This document shows positions 11,671 to 23,900 of a stretch of DNA of 64,000 bases, in pieces. The DNA comes from Azolla caroliniana (taxonomy: Eukaryota; Plantae; Polypodiophyta), in the NCBI GenBank assembly GCA_043228905.1, contig JBHGNT010000005.1, positions 18,476,001 through 18,540,000 on the forward strand, written 5' to 3'. Position 1 is the stretch's first letter; the number at the start of each line of letters is the position of its first letter. Both the position numbers and the translations under genes were made by a program. A model generated the notes under the pieces. It was not told where the DNA came from, made no database searches, and saw only the letters and a program-made list of their open reading frames with translations.

Positions 11671-12728
11671 CAACTCCTACTCGCCATTGAAATGAATGGG
11701 TACGAATGTGAGCGCCTCAAAGCCGAGAAGGATGCAATAGCCTCTACACAAGAAATAGAAGAAGTCTTGCCTGAAAGCGCAACACATGGACCAGAAGAGC
11801 CGCAAAATGATGAACCGGTGCGCCAAGCAGAAGGGGAGGAGCCCGAGGAATTGGTTCACTAGCAAGATGAACAAGAAGCGGCACCAGACGCACCAACCCC
11901 ACAAACCATTTCGGTGAATGAAATAAGGGAAGAGCAAGTCGTGCCTCCAGAGCACAGAGCCGATCTCTCGGTTGAGCTCATCGACAAACCAGAGAACTCG
12001 GCTTAGGCGAACGGTATTTTGCCGGGTTTGGAAGAAGACTAATGTACAATAGAGTTTTTCAATTCTTTCGAGTGTGAAATATTTTTGAGTTTTTCGATTA
12101 TTTTTCGATTTTTGTCGATTTTTCGGGTTCAACTTGCAAGGCATTGTCCCACGGGCATGCTAGGTGTTACCGAGGGGACAAAAAGGACAAAGTGTGAAAG
12201 GAATGAGTATGACAAGAGTGGAAAAGACCGAATGTAAAAGGACGAAAAGAAGCCGATTACAAACAATCAAAGGTAGAAACCAAAGATCAAGGAGTGGGAA
12301 AGCGTCGAGTCAAGGAAAAGCTATATAATCGAGGAAGTGGCGAACACATAGGAGAGGATATAGAAAAACCATAGAGATCGTAGATGGAATCCTTAGAGCA
12401 CTAAGCTTAGTCTAGGACGAGTGAGTGAGCACTTTACCGATTTTTCTCGGTACTGTAATGTTCTTGTATTGTATGCTATTATAATTGAAGATCTATTATA
12501 CCTTGTGGGCAAGCACTGTGTTTGTCTCTAATCTATCTATTTTTATCTACCTACGTTCGATCTATGAAATTAGTGTTACAAATCGGTTGTAGTCGATTCA
12601 TCTGAGTACTATTCTCTCTATCGGGAGTGACCCGAATTGGCTTGGGGCACAAGTCTCTACGCACCATGATTCCTTGGCCCGATTACTCAGGAGAAGTAAT
12701 CAAAGGTGTTCTCCAGGAAGGAGTAACA
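11671..12728 (+). mobile_element. 3' end remnant of a non-chromovirus gypsy: acidic ORF fragment, 38-nt tRNA-like motif (12125-12162) and 3' LTR 12165-12728
   Basis: TGTTAC...GTAACA termini. TATA-like CTATATAA near 12321. The motif is homologous to 17992-18029 and 30625-30662. Confidence 0.65.
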
Positions 12729-12863
12729 GGTGACACCGGTGTTTATGTATGGGGTGGAAGTATGGGATGGTAGCATCCCTAAATCTACTTGGAAAGAGTT
12801 TGAAAAAGTTTTTCTTATAAAGTTTCTTCAAGTCAAGAAACAAATGTCATACACCCTTCCCCC
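12729..12863 (+). mobile_element. Non-LTR (LINE) RT C-terminal fragment, part 1; split by Cop3
   Basis: PVFMYGVEVW..WKEFEK..KFLQVKKQ..Y, a typical post-RT LINE segment, continues across the CCCCC TSD at 28087. Confidence 0.6.
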
Positions 12864-12937
12864 TGTTGGGAGACAGGTCCCTCTGAATGGGAAGGGAGAA
12901 GAACAGTGCCGAAGAACAATCTCGACCGAGGCCGAAA

Positions 12938-13207
12938 CCGGATGAGGAGTACTCGGCTACGGAGAGCCGGATGGTGCAGACCCGGTGTGAACCGAATGAG
13001 GAGTACCCGGCTACGGAGAGCCGGATGGTGCAACCCTGGTGTGAACCGGATGAGGAGTACCCGGCTACGGAGAGTCGGATGGTACAGACCCGGTGTGAAC
13101 CGGATGAGGAGTACCCGACTACGGAGAGCCGGATGGTGTAGACCCGGTGTGAACCGGATGAGGAGGACCCGGCTACAGAGAGCCGGATGGTGCAGACCCG
13201 GTGAGAA
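12938..13207 (+). repeat. 54-bp tandem repeat x5 in the Cop3 5' LTR U3
   Basis: Unit CCGGATGAGGAGTACCCGGCTACGGAGAGCCGGATGGTGCAGACCCGGTGTGAA. Confidence 0.93.
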
Positions 13208-13697
13208 CCGGAGGAAGAGACATATTCGTAAATATGTTTCTGAGAGCCCATCGAGGCTATATTTGTAAATAATCAAAAAGTCACATTAGTATAAATATGA
13301 CTTAGGGCAAATATGTGTTGTTGATTTTTTTTTTTTGTTGGTGCAAGAACAGAGAGTGTGCGTAACTGTACAGAGAGAGATAGAGAGAGAAAGAGGTCGT
13401 TGCCTCTGTTGTAACTGCCACCTGTGGCGAAGATCTGTGAGCACGAGGTCGGTGCCTCAGTGAACTCACTGTTGTACATCCCATCATAGTGATAGTTTGC
13501 AACCTGTAGGCTGCCGTGGTTTTTCCCCTAGTTTGGGGTTTTCCATGTAAACCTCTTGTGTACCTTGTCTCTTCTTTGTGTCGCGTTTTATTTCCCGTTT
13601 TCTGTGTATCATTCTAAGCTCGGTTGTGGCCGAGCGTTGCGCATAAGGAACGACCAGTTCCCGTCAAGTGGTATCAGAGCAAAATCAACACAGAAAT

Positions 13698-16600
13698 ATG
13701 GACGAATCGTTTGGCGGCATGTTCAAGCTCACCGGCTCCAACTATTCAGTGTGGAAGTCGAAGATGAGGGACATGCTCGTTGTTAAAGACCTCTGGCTAC
13801 CGGTTCAATTCGGGGACAAGAGACCGGACAAAATCGACGCCGCGATATGGGAGGTGATGCACATGAAGACAACGGTGTACATAAGATGCTTTATTGACAT
13901 GAGCCTGTACAACAACTTCAATGAAGAGAGCAAGGCTCATGAGCTCTGGGAGAAGATCGGCATAATGTTTCAGAACAAAAATGTTGTTAATCAGGTGTCG
14001 GTATTCTGGAAGCTAGTAAGACTCCGGTACCAAGATGGCTCCAGCATGGCGGAGCACATGAATGCCTTCCAGGGGTTGATCCACTAGGCAACCTCATTGG
14101 AAGTACCTCTCGCCGATGAGGTACTTGCACTACTCCTGCTCGGTTCCCTCCCGGATAGCTGGGAGACGTTGGTTGTCACTTTGGGCAACGCCGGACCGGA
14201 AGGAAAGCGGTTATCCCTAGCAAGAGTAAAGTCAAGCTTGCTAGATGAGGAGGCGCGTCGGAAGGATAAAGATACGAGCTCCGACTCCAAAGCGCTCCTT
14301 ACCGAATCGGAACGCGGAAGACATAGAAACCGTAGTCCCTAGAACCGGGAGAAGTCGGGGACACGGTCAAAGTCAAGGGGGAGGCCCACTTGCTTCTATT
14401 GCGGCAAGCCGGGTCACTTCCAAAAGAACTGTCGGCATTTCCGTAAAGACAAGGAAATCGACTGTACCGATTCAAAGCGGACCCCGGACCGGAACGGTAA
14501 AGACTGGAAGGGGACGGACCGGAAGGGAACGACGGCAATCGCGGCAAGTGAAGAAGAGTTGATGCTCATCACCGAGGAGAGTGAGATAAACCTTGCCGGC
14601 GACGAGATGACCTGGGTGATAGACTCCGGAGCATCGTTCCACCTTACCCCGGACCGGAAATGCTTCTCATCCTACTCAGCTGGTGACCACGACTGTGTCC
14701 GGATGGGGAATGAAGGTACATGCCGAATTGTCGGCATAGGAGACGTGTGGCTGTCAACGCCAACCGGATGCAAGTTGTTGCTGAAGGATGTCCGACACGT
14801 TCCGGAGGTTCGTCTGAACCTGATATCAGCTGGTCGGCTAGGTGATGAAGGCTACACGGGTAGCATCCGGAACGGTGTCATGAAGTTCAGCAAAGGGAGC
14901 GTGATTGTGGCTCGGGCCCGGAAGGTCAACACATTGTACCTGATGAATGCCCGGTTATGCCCGGAAGAAGTGAACGTGGCATCCGACACTGCAGGTGAGC
15001 TGTGGCACAAGAGGCTGTGTCATATGAGCGAGAAGGGGATGAAGAGGCTTGTAGACGACAACCTCATTCTAGTGAAGAATGTGCACTTAGAGAAGTGCAC
15101 TGATTGTCTGGCCGGTAAGCAGAACCGAACCTCCTTCCGACCAAGGCCACTGATGAGACGTAATGCACATCAGGAGTTGGTGCATACGGATGTGTGTTAA
15201 GTAGAAACGAAGTCACATGCCGGAGCGCAGTACTTTGTGACGTTCATAGATGACCACAGCCGGAAGCTGTGGGCCACACTGTTGAAGACGAAGGATCAGG
15301 TGTTATCCGTCTTCAAAGAGCTCCACGCGAGAGTGGAAAGAGAAACCGGTCAGAAGCTGAAGGCGGTTCGAGCAGATAACGGAGGAGAATACCAGGGGCA
15401 GTTCGAGGAGTACTGCCGCTCGAAGGGAATCCGGCTCGAATTTACCGTGCCGAAGACGCCGGAACTAAACGGATTGGCCAAGAGGATGAACCGGACCATA
15501 ATGGAGAGGGTCGGAGTAGGCTAGCACATGCAAAACTACCCAAGAAGTTTTGGGCTGAGGCATTGTCGACGACGACATACGTGATAAACAAATCACCCTA
15601 AGTACCCTTGGACGGAGACACGCCATAGAGAGTATGGACCGGTAAGGAAGTGTCCTACCGGCATCTGATGGTGTTCGGGTGTCTCACGTACGTGCATGTA
15701 GCAAAGGACCGGAGAGGAAAGTTAGATCCAAAGACCCGGCCATGCATATTCCTCGGTTACGGTGACGATGAGTTCGGCTACCGAGTGTGGGACCCGGTCG
15801 ACCAGAAGGTATTCCAGAGTCGAGATATTATCTTCATGGAGGACAAGACACTCGTCGACTGGGAGTCGGAGAAGAAGATAATGAACTCCGAGTCGACCAG
15901 TAAGGATCGACTCTACGATGAGGAGACCCAACCGGCGAGAGACCGGTTAGCACTCGAAGAACCAGCCGGATACGGTGAGGATACCGAACCGGCAGAAGAA
16001 GAAGTAGAGGAAGCTGAGACCGGAATCGGCCTAGACCCCGAATCGGATTCGGATGAAGAGCAAATGGAGGAGCCGGCTACCGAAGCCCAAAGACGGAGAT
16101 ATCCTCTCAGAGAGAGAATGCCCCCCCGGAGATTTCCGGATGCAGAGCATGTTCTGCTGACCGATGAGGGGGAGCCGGAAAGCTTCAAAGAAGTGAAGGA
16201 TGACACCCACAACCGAAAATGGTTAAGTGCCATGTAGGACGAGATGGATTCCCTGCATGAGAACCATACGTACAAATTGGTGCACAAGTTGCCGAAAGGA
16301 AAGCGGGCACTCCGAAACAAGTGGGTGTACAAGTTGAAACCGGGAGATGCCGGAAACCCCCCGAGATACAAAGCCAGGATCGTGGTGAAGGGGTTCCAGC
16401 AGAAGAAGGGCGTGGACTTCGACGAGATATTTGCCCCGGTAGTAAAGATGACCTCCATCCGGACAGTGCTGAGTATAGCGGCAAGCATGGACCTTGAGGT
16501 AGAGCAGCTGGACGTGAAGACGACATTCCTTCACGGCGACCTCAAAGAGGAGATCTACATGCAACAACCGGAAGGATTTGTGGAGAAAGGGAAGGAGCAC

Positions 16601-17533
16601 CTGGTATGCCGGCTGAAGAAGAGCCTGTACAGACTAAAGCAGGCTCCCCGACAATGGTACCGGAAGTTCGATTCCTTCATGACCGATCAAGGGTACCACA
16701 AGACGCAGGCCGATCACTGCTTGTTTGTGAAGAAGTTCGAAGGAGGCGACTTCTTGATACTCCTCCTATATGTGGATGACATGTTGATCGTCGGACGTGA
16801 TCAAGTCAAAATACGGATGCTGAAGAAGGCTCTCAACCGGACCTTCTCAATGAAAGACTTGGGTCCGGCAAGACAGATGCTGGGGATGCACATCATCCGG
16901 AACCGGTCAAAGAAGCAATTATGGCTGTCACAGGAGAAGTACGTGACAAAGGTACTTCATCAGTTCAACATGTCAGATGCGAAACCGGTCGGATCGACAC
17001 TTCCGGCAAACTGCAAGCTATTCGGTAAGCAAAGCCCGAAGACGAAAGCAGAGAAGGCAGATATGATGAAGATACCATATGCCTCTGCCTTCGGGAGCTT
17101 GATGTACGCAATGGTGTGTACTCGACCGGATATAGGATACGCAGTCGGAGTGGTGAGCCGGTTCATGAGCAATCCCGGCAAGGAGCACTGGAACATGGTC
17201 AAATGGATACTCCGGTACTTGAAGGGTACTTCAAATATGTGTCTTCGATTCGGCTCCGGAAAACCTCAACTTGACGGTTTTACCGATTCGGACATGTCGG
17301 CTGATGTGGATGCCAGCCGGTCTACATCCGGGTATGTAATGACATATGCAGGGGGAGCTGTTTCGTGGCAGTCGAGGCTGCAGAAGACGGTTGCACTGTC
17401 AACCACGGAGGCGGAGTACATGGCGGCTGTGGAAGCCGGCAAGGAAATATTATGGATGAAGGACTTCATCGGAGAGCTCGGCATTCGGCAAGATGAATAC
17501 CGGCTCTATTGTGATAGTCAAAGTGCCATCCAC
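13698..17533 (+). pseudogene. Cop3 gag-pol with several stops; the RH tail continues at 26943-27160
   Basis: KLTGSNYSVWK, CFYCGKPGH, WVIDSGASFH, LWHKRLCH, FIDDHSRK, LLYVDDML, then CDSQSAIH|VAKNAAYHSWTKHI across the insertion. Confidence 0.92.
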
Positions 17534-18033
17534 TGTTAATCGGCTAATTACTAACTACTACCGATACAGAAGAGTGAACGTCGCTACTCCACGTTCTAAC
17601 AAGGAATTGTGTTTTACGAACGGAAATATACTATATTAATCGGTAATTACCGTGATCGTTACTTAGTTATAAAGTAGGAAGATTACACTTAACAACATAG
17701 ACAATAGAAAGAACACAGAATCCGTACACGATATTCCTAACTTAAACTTATATTCCCAAATAAACGACCTTTCTTACAATGCCTTCGGTTCCCTTTTATA
17801 GGTATACCGAAGGTCTTTTCTCATCAAGAACTATTCCTACTTACTATCAAGAATTACAAAATTATCTAACTAACTTAGTTCTCTTCGTTCATTGCTAAGT
17901 CATTGATCCGAACAGTCGATCCGAACCGACTCCGTTTTCGACGCTTTCCCACTTGTTCGGTAAAACTGACTGTCCGGGTCCGGGTAACACTTGGCACGTC
18001 CGTGGGCCAGGACCTTGTCCAGCGAACCCACGC

Positions 18034-20502
18034 CTATTCCTGTAGCTCTTCATCCGAATCGTTCAGAATATCAAAAATCGAAGGCTCTTCTGGCCTTGGA
18101 TGTATTCCATCTATATCTTCCTCTTCCTCTTCATCTTCATCTGTGTCACAGTCGTCATTCGGAGCAGGTTTTGAATGTTGTGATTCGGTTGGCCGCTCTG
18201 GTTCACTTCTTCCGGGAGCTTGAAGACCAGGAGTCTTGCTGGTTCTTTCGGCTTCAATTTTATCCAACTGGACGGAAGTGCCTATATCATTTTTGTCGAA
18301 TTCTTGCATAATACGTTGAATTTCTTCTCTGTAAAATGCCGCAATTTCGTCCATATCTTTCATGATATCCTCTTGGATATTGTCAATATCCTTTTGTGCC
18401 ATTTTAAAAAAACCTGCACATTGGACCTGACGGTTATTTTTGTCGGCACGTAATAATTGTAATTCCGCCGCTTGTGCCGTCCATAACTTCCATCCTTGCG
18501 CAAGGGATTCATCGATCATTTTCTTTGCTAGGTTTCGATGTTTCCCTATGATGCGCTGCACTTTGTCCTTAGTGATGCTTGCGACGAATTGAGCGGCTTG
18601 CAACTCTTTCCGTAAATCCGTAATAGTGGCTCAGTTTTCACTTTCAGCCCGCATTAGTTTGGATTCGACTACATATATGTCCAACCGCCTTTGTTCCGAT
18701 ATCTTCCGAATTTCGTTCAGTTGTTGTTCGAATGCCGATTTCTCTTTGCTCCATTCCTCCTGGTGTTCCGTAATTCTTCTGTTGACTTCTTCAAGACTCC
18801 GCTCTTTTTCTGTCAATTGACTTTCCTGTGACACTATATACCTTTCGAATTCCTCAATTTGTTCGGTATATGTATGATTGGCCGTCTTAGCTTCTTCCAG
18901 ATTTTTCTGTAATTCGTTTATTAATTGATTTTTTTCTTCGAGAACTTTGTATTGGCCATTCTGAATGGTTTCTATTTGTTTTTCTAATTCTGTAGTTCGA
19001 AATACAGCATTGTTGGCCCTTGTTGTTTCTGCTTGACGTGCTTTCTCAGCGTCCTCCAATTTCTGCTGCCATTCTGACTCCGACGCCATAGGTCATTCCT
19101 GTGTTTCCCATTTGTTTAGACTTTCTTTTAGTTCTTTATTTTCTGTCTGTATGTTACAAAACTGACGTTTCAGCACCTCCGCCGATGCTGATACACTTTT
19201 GTATCTTTCAGCCATATCACTGGCTGCTTTGCGTGCCGTTTCATATTCTCTATGAATTTCGACCAGTGCTTCATGTAATGGTGGCATTTCAATAGCCTCC
19301 CCTCTATTCTGTGCATTTCTTTTCCGGCCGATTTTCTCTATCTCTGCTTTTTCTTGAGGTTCCAACACTCCTCGTAAGGCCTTCTGTATCATTATTCGGT
19401 CATTATGTTCTTGAGCCAACCGTTCTGATACTTCTGTCAATCTTCTAGCCAACCATTCAACCAGTTCGTATGAAGTTCCGAACTGTAAAATGGCAGCTAC
19501 TTCATGTGCTGCTGGTGGAATATCCAAGCACCCATGTGCTTCCCGAATTGCTACTTTTGAAGATTGTCCTTGTTGAAGTTGTGTCGAAACGCTCTCATTC
19601 CCTGGTTTTATTACTTCTGCTACTACAGGCGTATTCGAATTTTCCTTTGTGCGTTGCCTTTTCGGTGCTGACCCATCACTGTTTTCTGGTTGGAATTGTC
19701 GATTAGCCTTTTGTTTAACCCTTGTCCTTTGTCGCATCTTCTCTGCTTGTTGTCGATTTTCTGTCGGTTGCTGCTTGTTTATCAAATGGTCAACTGTTTC
19801 TTGTTCGGCTGCTGGTTGCCTGTTTTCGGAATTCTCTGGTCTTGGTGGTTCCGACTGAGGCATATCTGTTTGTATATTATCGGCATGTGCCGATTCTTCC
19901 TCTATCCATTCTTCATGTGCTACCTGTCGGTGTCTTCGAGGTGCTTGTACTATCGGTGGTCTTCTTGACTGAACAGGAGTTTCCGATTCTTGAATCGGAA
20001 ACAATACCGATAGCCAACGACCAAAAATTTGCTTCATTGGTTTTCTTGTTTTTACCCCTTGTCGCTGCTCTCTCAGAGCTTCCCCCGACAATAGTGGCCA
20101 GTTGAAATCCTCTTTTTCGTATGCGGCTATGATAAACCCAGCCCTTTTTTTCGGCATACAATAAAAACGGGGACTGACAAATCCCACCTCTAGTAAAAAT
20201 CTAGCCACTTCATGGAAAAACTCATCCCGACCTCCATAAGTCTGATATGCTTTTGCCGAGGGTGAGTATTCCCCGAAATACGATTGGAGTGCTTCTGATG
20301 AAGGTTTTTTAACTGCCTCAAAGCCTCCTCTTGGCATCTGTAATGCATTTCGTATTTTCTTTGTGGTGACCTTGGTGATGTCTAATTGTTGTACCAATTC
20401 TTCCGCTTACGGATGAGGTTCCGCTTCTGCTACTTTGATGAAACCTTGTAAGTTTCTCTCATGAAGCCACAGTCGCAGTTGTTCAGACACAGGAATCGGC
20501 AT
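18034..20502 (-). pseudogene. Extra ORF of gypsy C (about 820 codons, coiled-coil rich, acidic tail) with three in-frame stops
   Basis: ORFs 20407-20781, 19093-20397, 18631-19089 and 18034-18603 share one frame. Likely start MPIPVSEQ at 20502. E/K/Q-rich heptad segment. Confidence 0.75.
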
Positions 20503-20885
20503 GACTTCTGTGTTTGCTTGTTCTGAATCACTTGTCGATGACGGTTGGAGATCTGCACAGCTTCTGTAGCGATGAAAATCAGAAAAACAGAGTTTGGGCG
20601 AGCTAGGGCACGAAGGCTCAGAATGTTTCGAGATCTGCACTCGTTTCTGTTGCTTTGGCGACACAGAAGATACAGAAATATGCTTTAAAGATATTAACTT
20701 ATGCATTATGACTAAAGAATAGTAATTGCTATTAATGTAGGAATTAATTAGTATTAACTCTACGTGTAGTGATTGTACCACTTACTAATAATCATGCAAT
20801 TCCTCTTCCTATTTATAGTCGATTCAGACTGTTATGGCAAGATTCTATTTCTGCATTGACAAGAACTATTGAGTGAGTGAGTTAG

Positions 20886-20889
20886 TTAG

Positions 20890-20920
<31 letters not shown>

Positions 20921-23900
20921 CTTCCGTTTGAATAAACGGGTTTACCGGCATATCTCCCAAATACGGTTTAAGCCGGAATCCATTTACCCATTTCGGTAAA
21001 ACCTCTCCGGTTAATGATCCCAGCTGATACGTACCATTTTTACTATTAATTATCCATACTGGACCTGTCCATCTATACCGGAGTTTCCCAGGCATAAGTC
21101 CCATTTTCGTCTGGAATACCAATACCGGTCTCCCAATTTCGAATTGCTCTTCCGATTTCCTTCGATGTCGATTTACGAGTGCCTTGATTTGTCTCTGCTT
21201 GTGTTCTAGTGCTGACATTGATTGAATCCGTTCTTCTTCTAATACTAATAAAGCCTCTTTGCGTATCTGCTCCGATTCTATTTCATTTAACTTATTCGTC
21301 GCTTGGATACGAAGTGTCGGAATTTGAAATTCGATCGGCATAACAGCTTCAAGTCCGAATGCCATTCGAAAAGGTGTTGATTTAATGGATGTTTTGTACG
21401 AAGTACGATATGCCCACAATGCACTATTTAACTTTTGATCCCAATCAGTACGATTTTCATTCACTATCTTCTTTAAAATTGTTTGAATTGTTTTATTTGT
21501 CGATTCTGCCAATCCATTAGCTTGGGGATAGTAAGGCGTACTTTTCTTATGAACTACGGCATAATAATTAGTTAATTCGTGAATTAACTTGTTAATAAAA
21601 TGAGTGCCTTGATCGCTTACCAATTCTATTGGGCAACCGAATCGACACCATATATTTTCATACAGGAATTTTGTTGTGGATGTTGCTGTATTGTCTCTGA
21701 GAGCTTTTGCTTCAACCCATTTTGTGCAATAGTCAGTCGCAATTATGATATATCGATTACCGGTTCTTGCAACTACTGGTTTGAATGGGCCAACAAAATC
21801 TAAGCCCCATTTCTGAAATGGCTCAAGAGGTAAAACCGGTTGAAAAGGAATTCGATCCTTTTCGGTCGGTTGCCCCATTCTTTGACACAAATCGCATTTC
21901 TTACAGTATTCGTTAGCATCTTTCATCACCGTTGGCCACCATAACCCGCTATTCCATATTTTTCTGGCTGTTGCTTCTCCTGCGTAATGACCGCCAGCAA
22001 TTCCACAATGTGACTCTGTTAATATGGCTAATTTTTCAAATTTCCGTACTGCCCTTCGCCATATTCCATCCGCTCCTTTATGATACAACATGTCATTAAA
22101 TAAACAAAAATTTCGACTTCGTACTGCAATTCTTTTTCTTTCATCTGTCGACATGTGTTCGGCCGGAATTCCTGTTGATAGAAATATCGTCATTTCGGAA
22201 ATCCATTCATCCTCTTTTTCCTCATTCATTTCTTGTGCTTTTACTATCTCAACCCGAAATAATTGAGTATCTGGAAAATCATCTTTAACACCAACCGCTT
22301 CTTCTCCAGATTCAAGCCGACTGAGATAGTCAGCAATCGCGTGTTGTGCTCCTGGTCGATGTATAATGTCGAATTCAAACTCTTGAAGCAATAACGTCCA
22401 TCTGGCTAACTTGCCTGTCAATTCTTGTTTGGAAACTAGATACAGTAGAGCCGAATGATCCACATGAAATGTAAATTTCTTACCCAAAAGCTAATGTCGA
22501 AATTTGTTCACACTATATATCATTCCCAAAGCTTCTCTTTCGGTTGTTGAATAGTTTCTTTCGGCCGACGAAAGTTTCCTACTGGCATAGTATACCGGCC
22601 TATACCAGTTTGGTTCGGATAATTGCATTAAAGCACTGCCTATGGCAATGTCCGACGCATCGACAAAAACATGAAATGGTTTGTTCCAGTCCGATGGTTG
22701 GACTACCGGAACCTTTGTCAGCATCTTCTTGAGACATTCGTATGCATCTTGTTCTATACTTGTCCATATAAAAGGAACTTTTTGTACTGCTGTGTGTAAC
22801 GGAATAGCAATGTCTGCTAGATATCTCATCATTCTACTGTGCCGCCGAATTTGACCCAAAAATATACTTCGATCTTTAGCATTTGTCGGTGGTGTTGCCT
22901 CAATAATTGTTTTAACTTTGTCTGGGTCCACTGCAATCCCTTCTTGACTGACAATATGCCCAAGTAACGTACCACTCATTACTCCGAATGCGCATTTGGC
23001 TGGATTTAAGCTAAGACGCCCTTTTCGACATTTCTCTAAACATAGCCGTAAATGCTCAAAATGATCAGCTTTCCGACTATATAGCGCAAAATCATCTAAA
23101 AACACCTGCATGAAAGCTGGAATATATTCCCCGAATATTTCCTGTATTACCCGCTGAAATGTAGCTGGAGCTGTTTTTAAACCGAACATCATTACTACTG
23201 CCACAAAGACACCCCATTCTGTGACAAAAGCTGTCTTTTCCTGATCTTCCGGATTCATCCGTACTTGGTTGTACCCACTGAACCCATCCAAGAAACTATA
23301 AATTTCATGTCCAGCTACTACATCTAATATCCCATCTGTGAATGGCAACGGAAACGCATCCGTAATTGTCGCTGCATTCAATTTTCTATAATCCACACAT
23401 ACGCGAATTTTCCCATTCTTTTTCGGGACTACTACTATCGGACTCAGCCATGTTGATTTTTTGACGGGTCGAATAAATCCTACTTTTAAGAGTTTATCGA
23501 TTTCTTCTTTTACTTTGATAGCATAATTCGGATTCAACCTGTACCTGCGTTGTTGTACTGGCTTTGCATCTTTATGCAAATTGATTTGATGTTGACAAAA
23601 AGCGGGATCCAGACCTTTCATATCGTCAAACGACCATGCAAAAACATCTTTATATTGTAATAGTAATGTTGTTAATGTCCGTTTGTCATTTTCCGCCAAA
23701 TCTCTAGCAATCAAGACTGTTTTTCTTTCACCATCCTCTACTCCTGCCAAATCGATCTCCTCTAATGTTGAGGCTTGCACTCTCTGAGATACCTTCATTT
23801 CCTTATCTGTAGCTTCTTGTTGCATTCGTATTTCTTTCATTGTTTGCTCATCTATTGGCACTTCCTCGTGTGAGTCTACATATGGTGTTAATGCTTGCAA

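Noticed and set aside
12938-13207. Regular repeats as a CRISPR array (also 27245-27622)
   Set aside because: Units are contiguous 54-bp tandem copies with no unique spacers, inside Copia LTRs, and no cas genes are present.
12833-13276. Repetitive ORFs in several frames (also 26843-27894)
   Set aside because: Artefact of a stop-poor 54-bp unit whose length is a multiple of 3.
17534-18010. Gypsy C as a plus-strand element with a normal PBS at 17992
   Set aside because: All ORFs and the TATA box are on minus, a second PBS precedes gag on minus, and no plus-strand PPT lies before 26486.
20888-20917. Long T run as a retroposed poly(A) tail
   Set aside because: It lies at the end of the gypsy C pol frame without a TSD, so homopolymer expansion is more likely.
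22491-22493. Programmed stop readthrough in gypsy C pol
   Set aside because: The TAG replaces the conserved Tyr of KFRHYLLG inside RNase H, so a point mutation is simpler.
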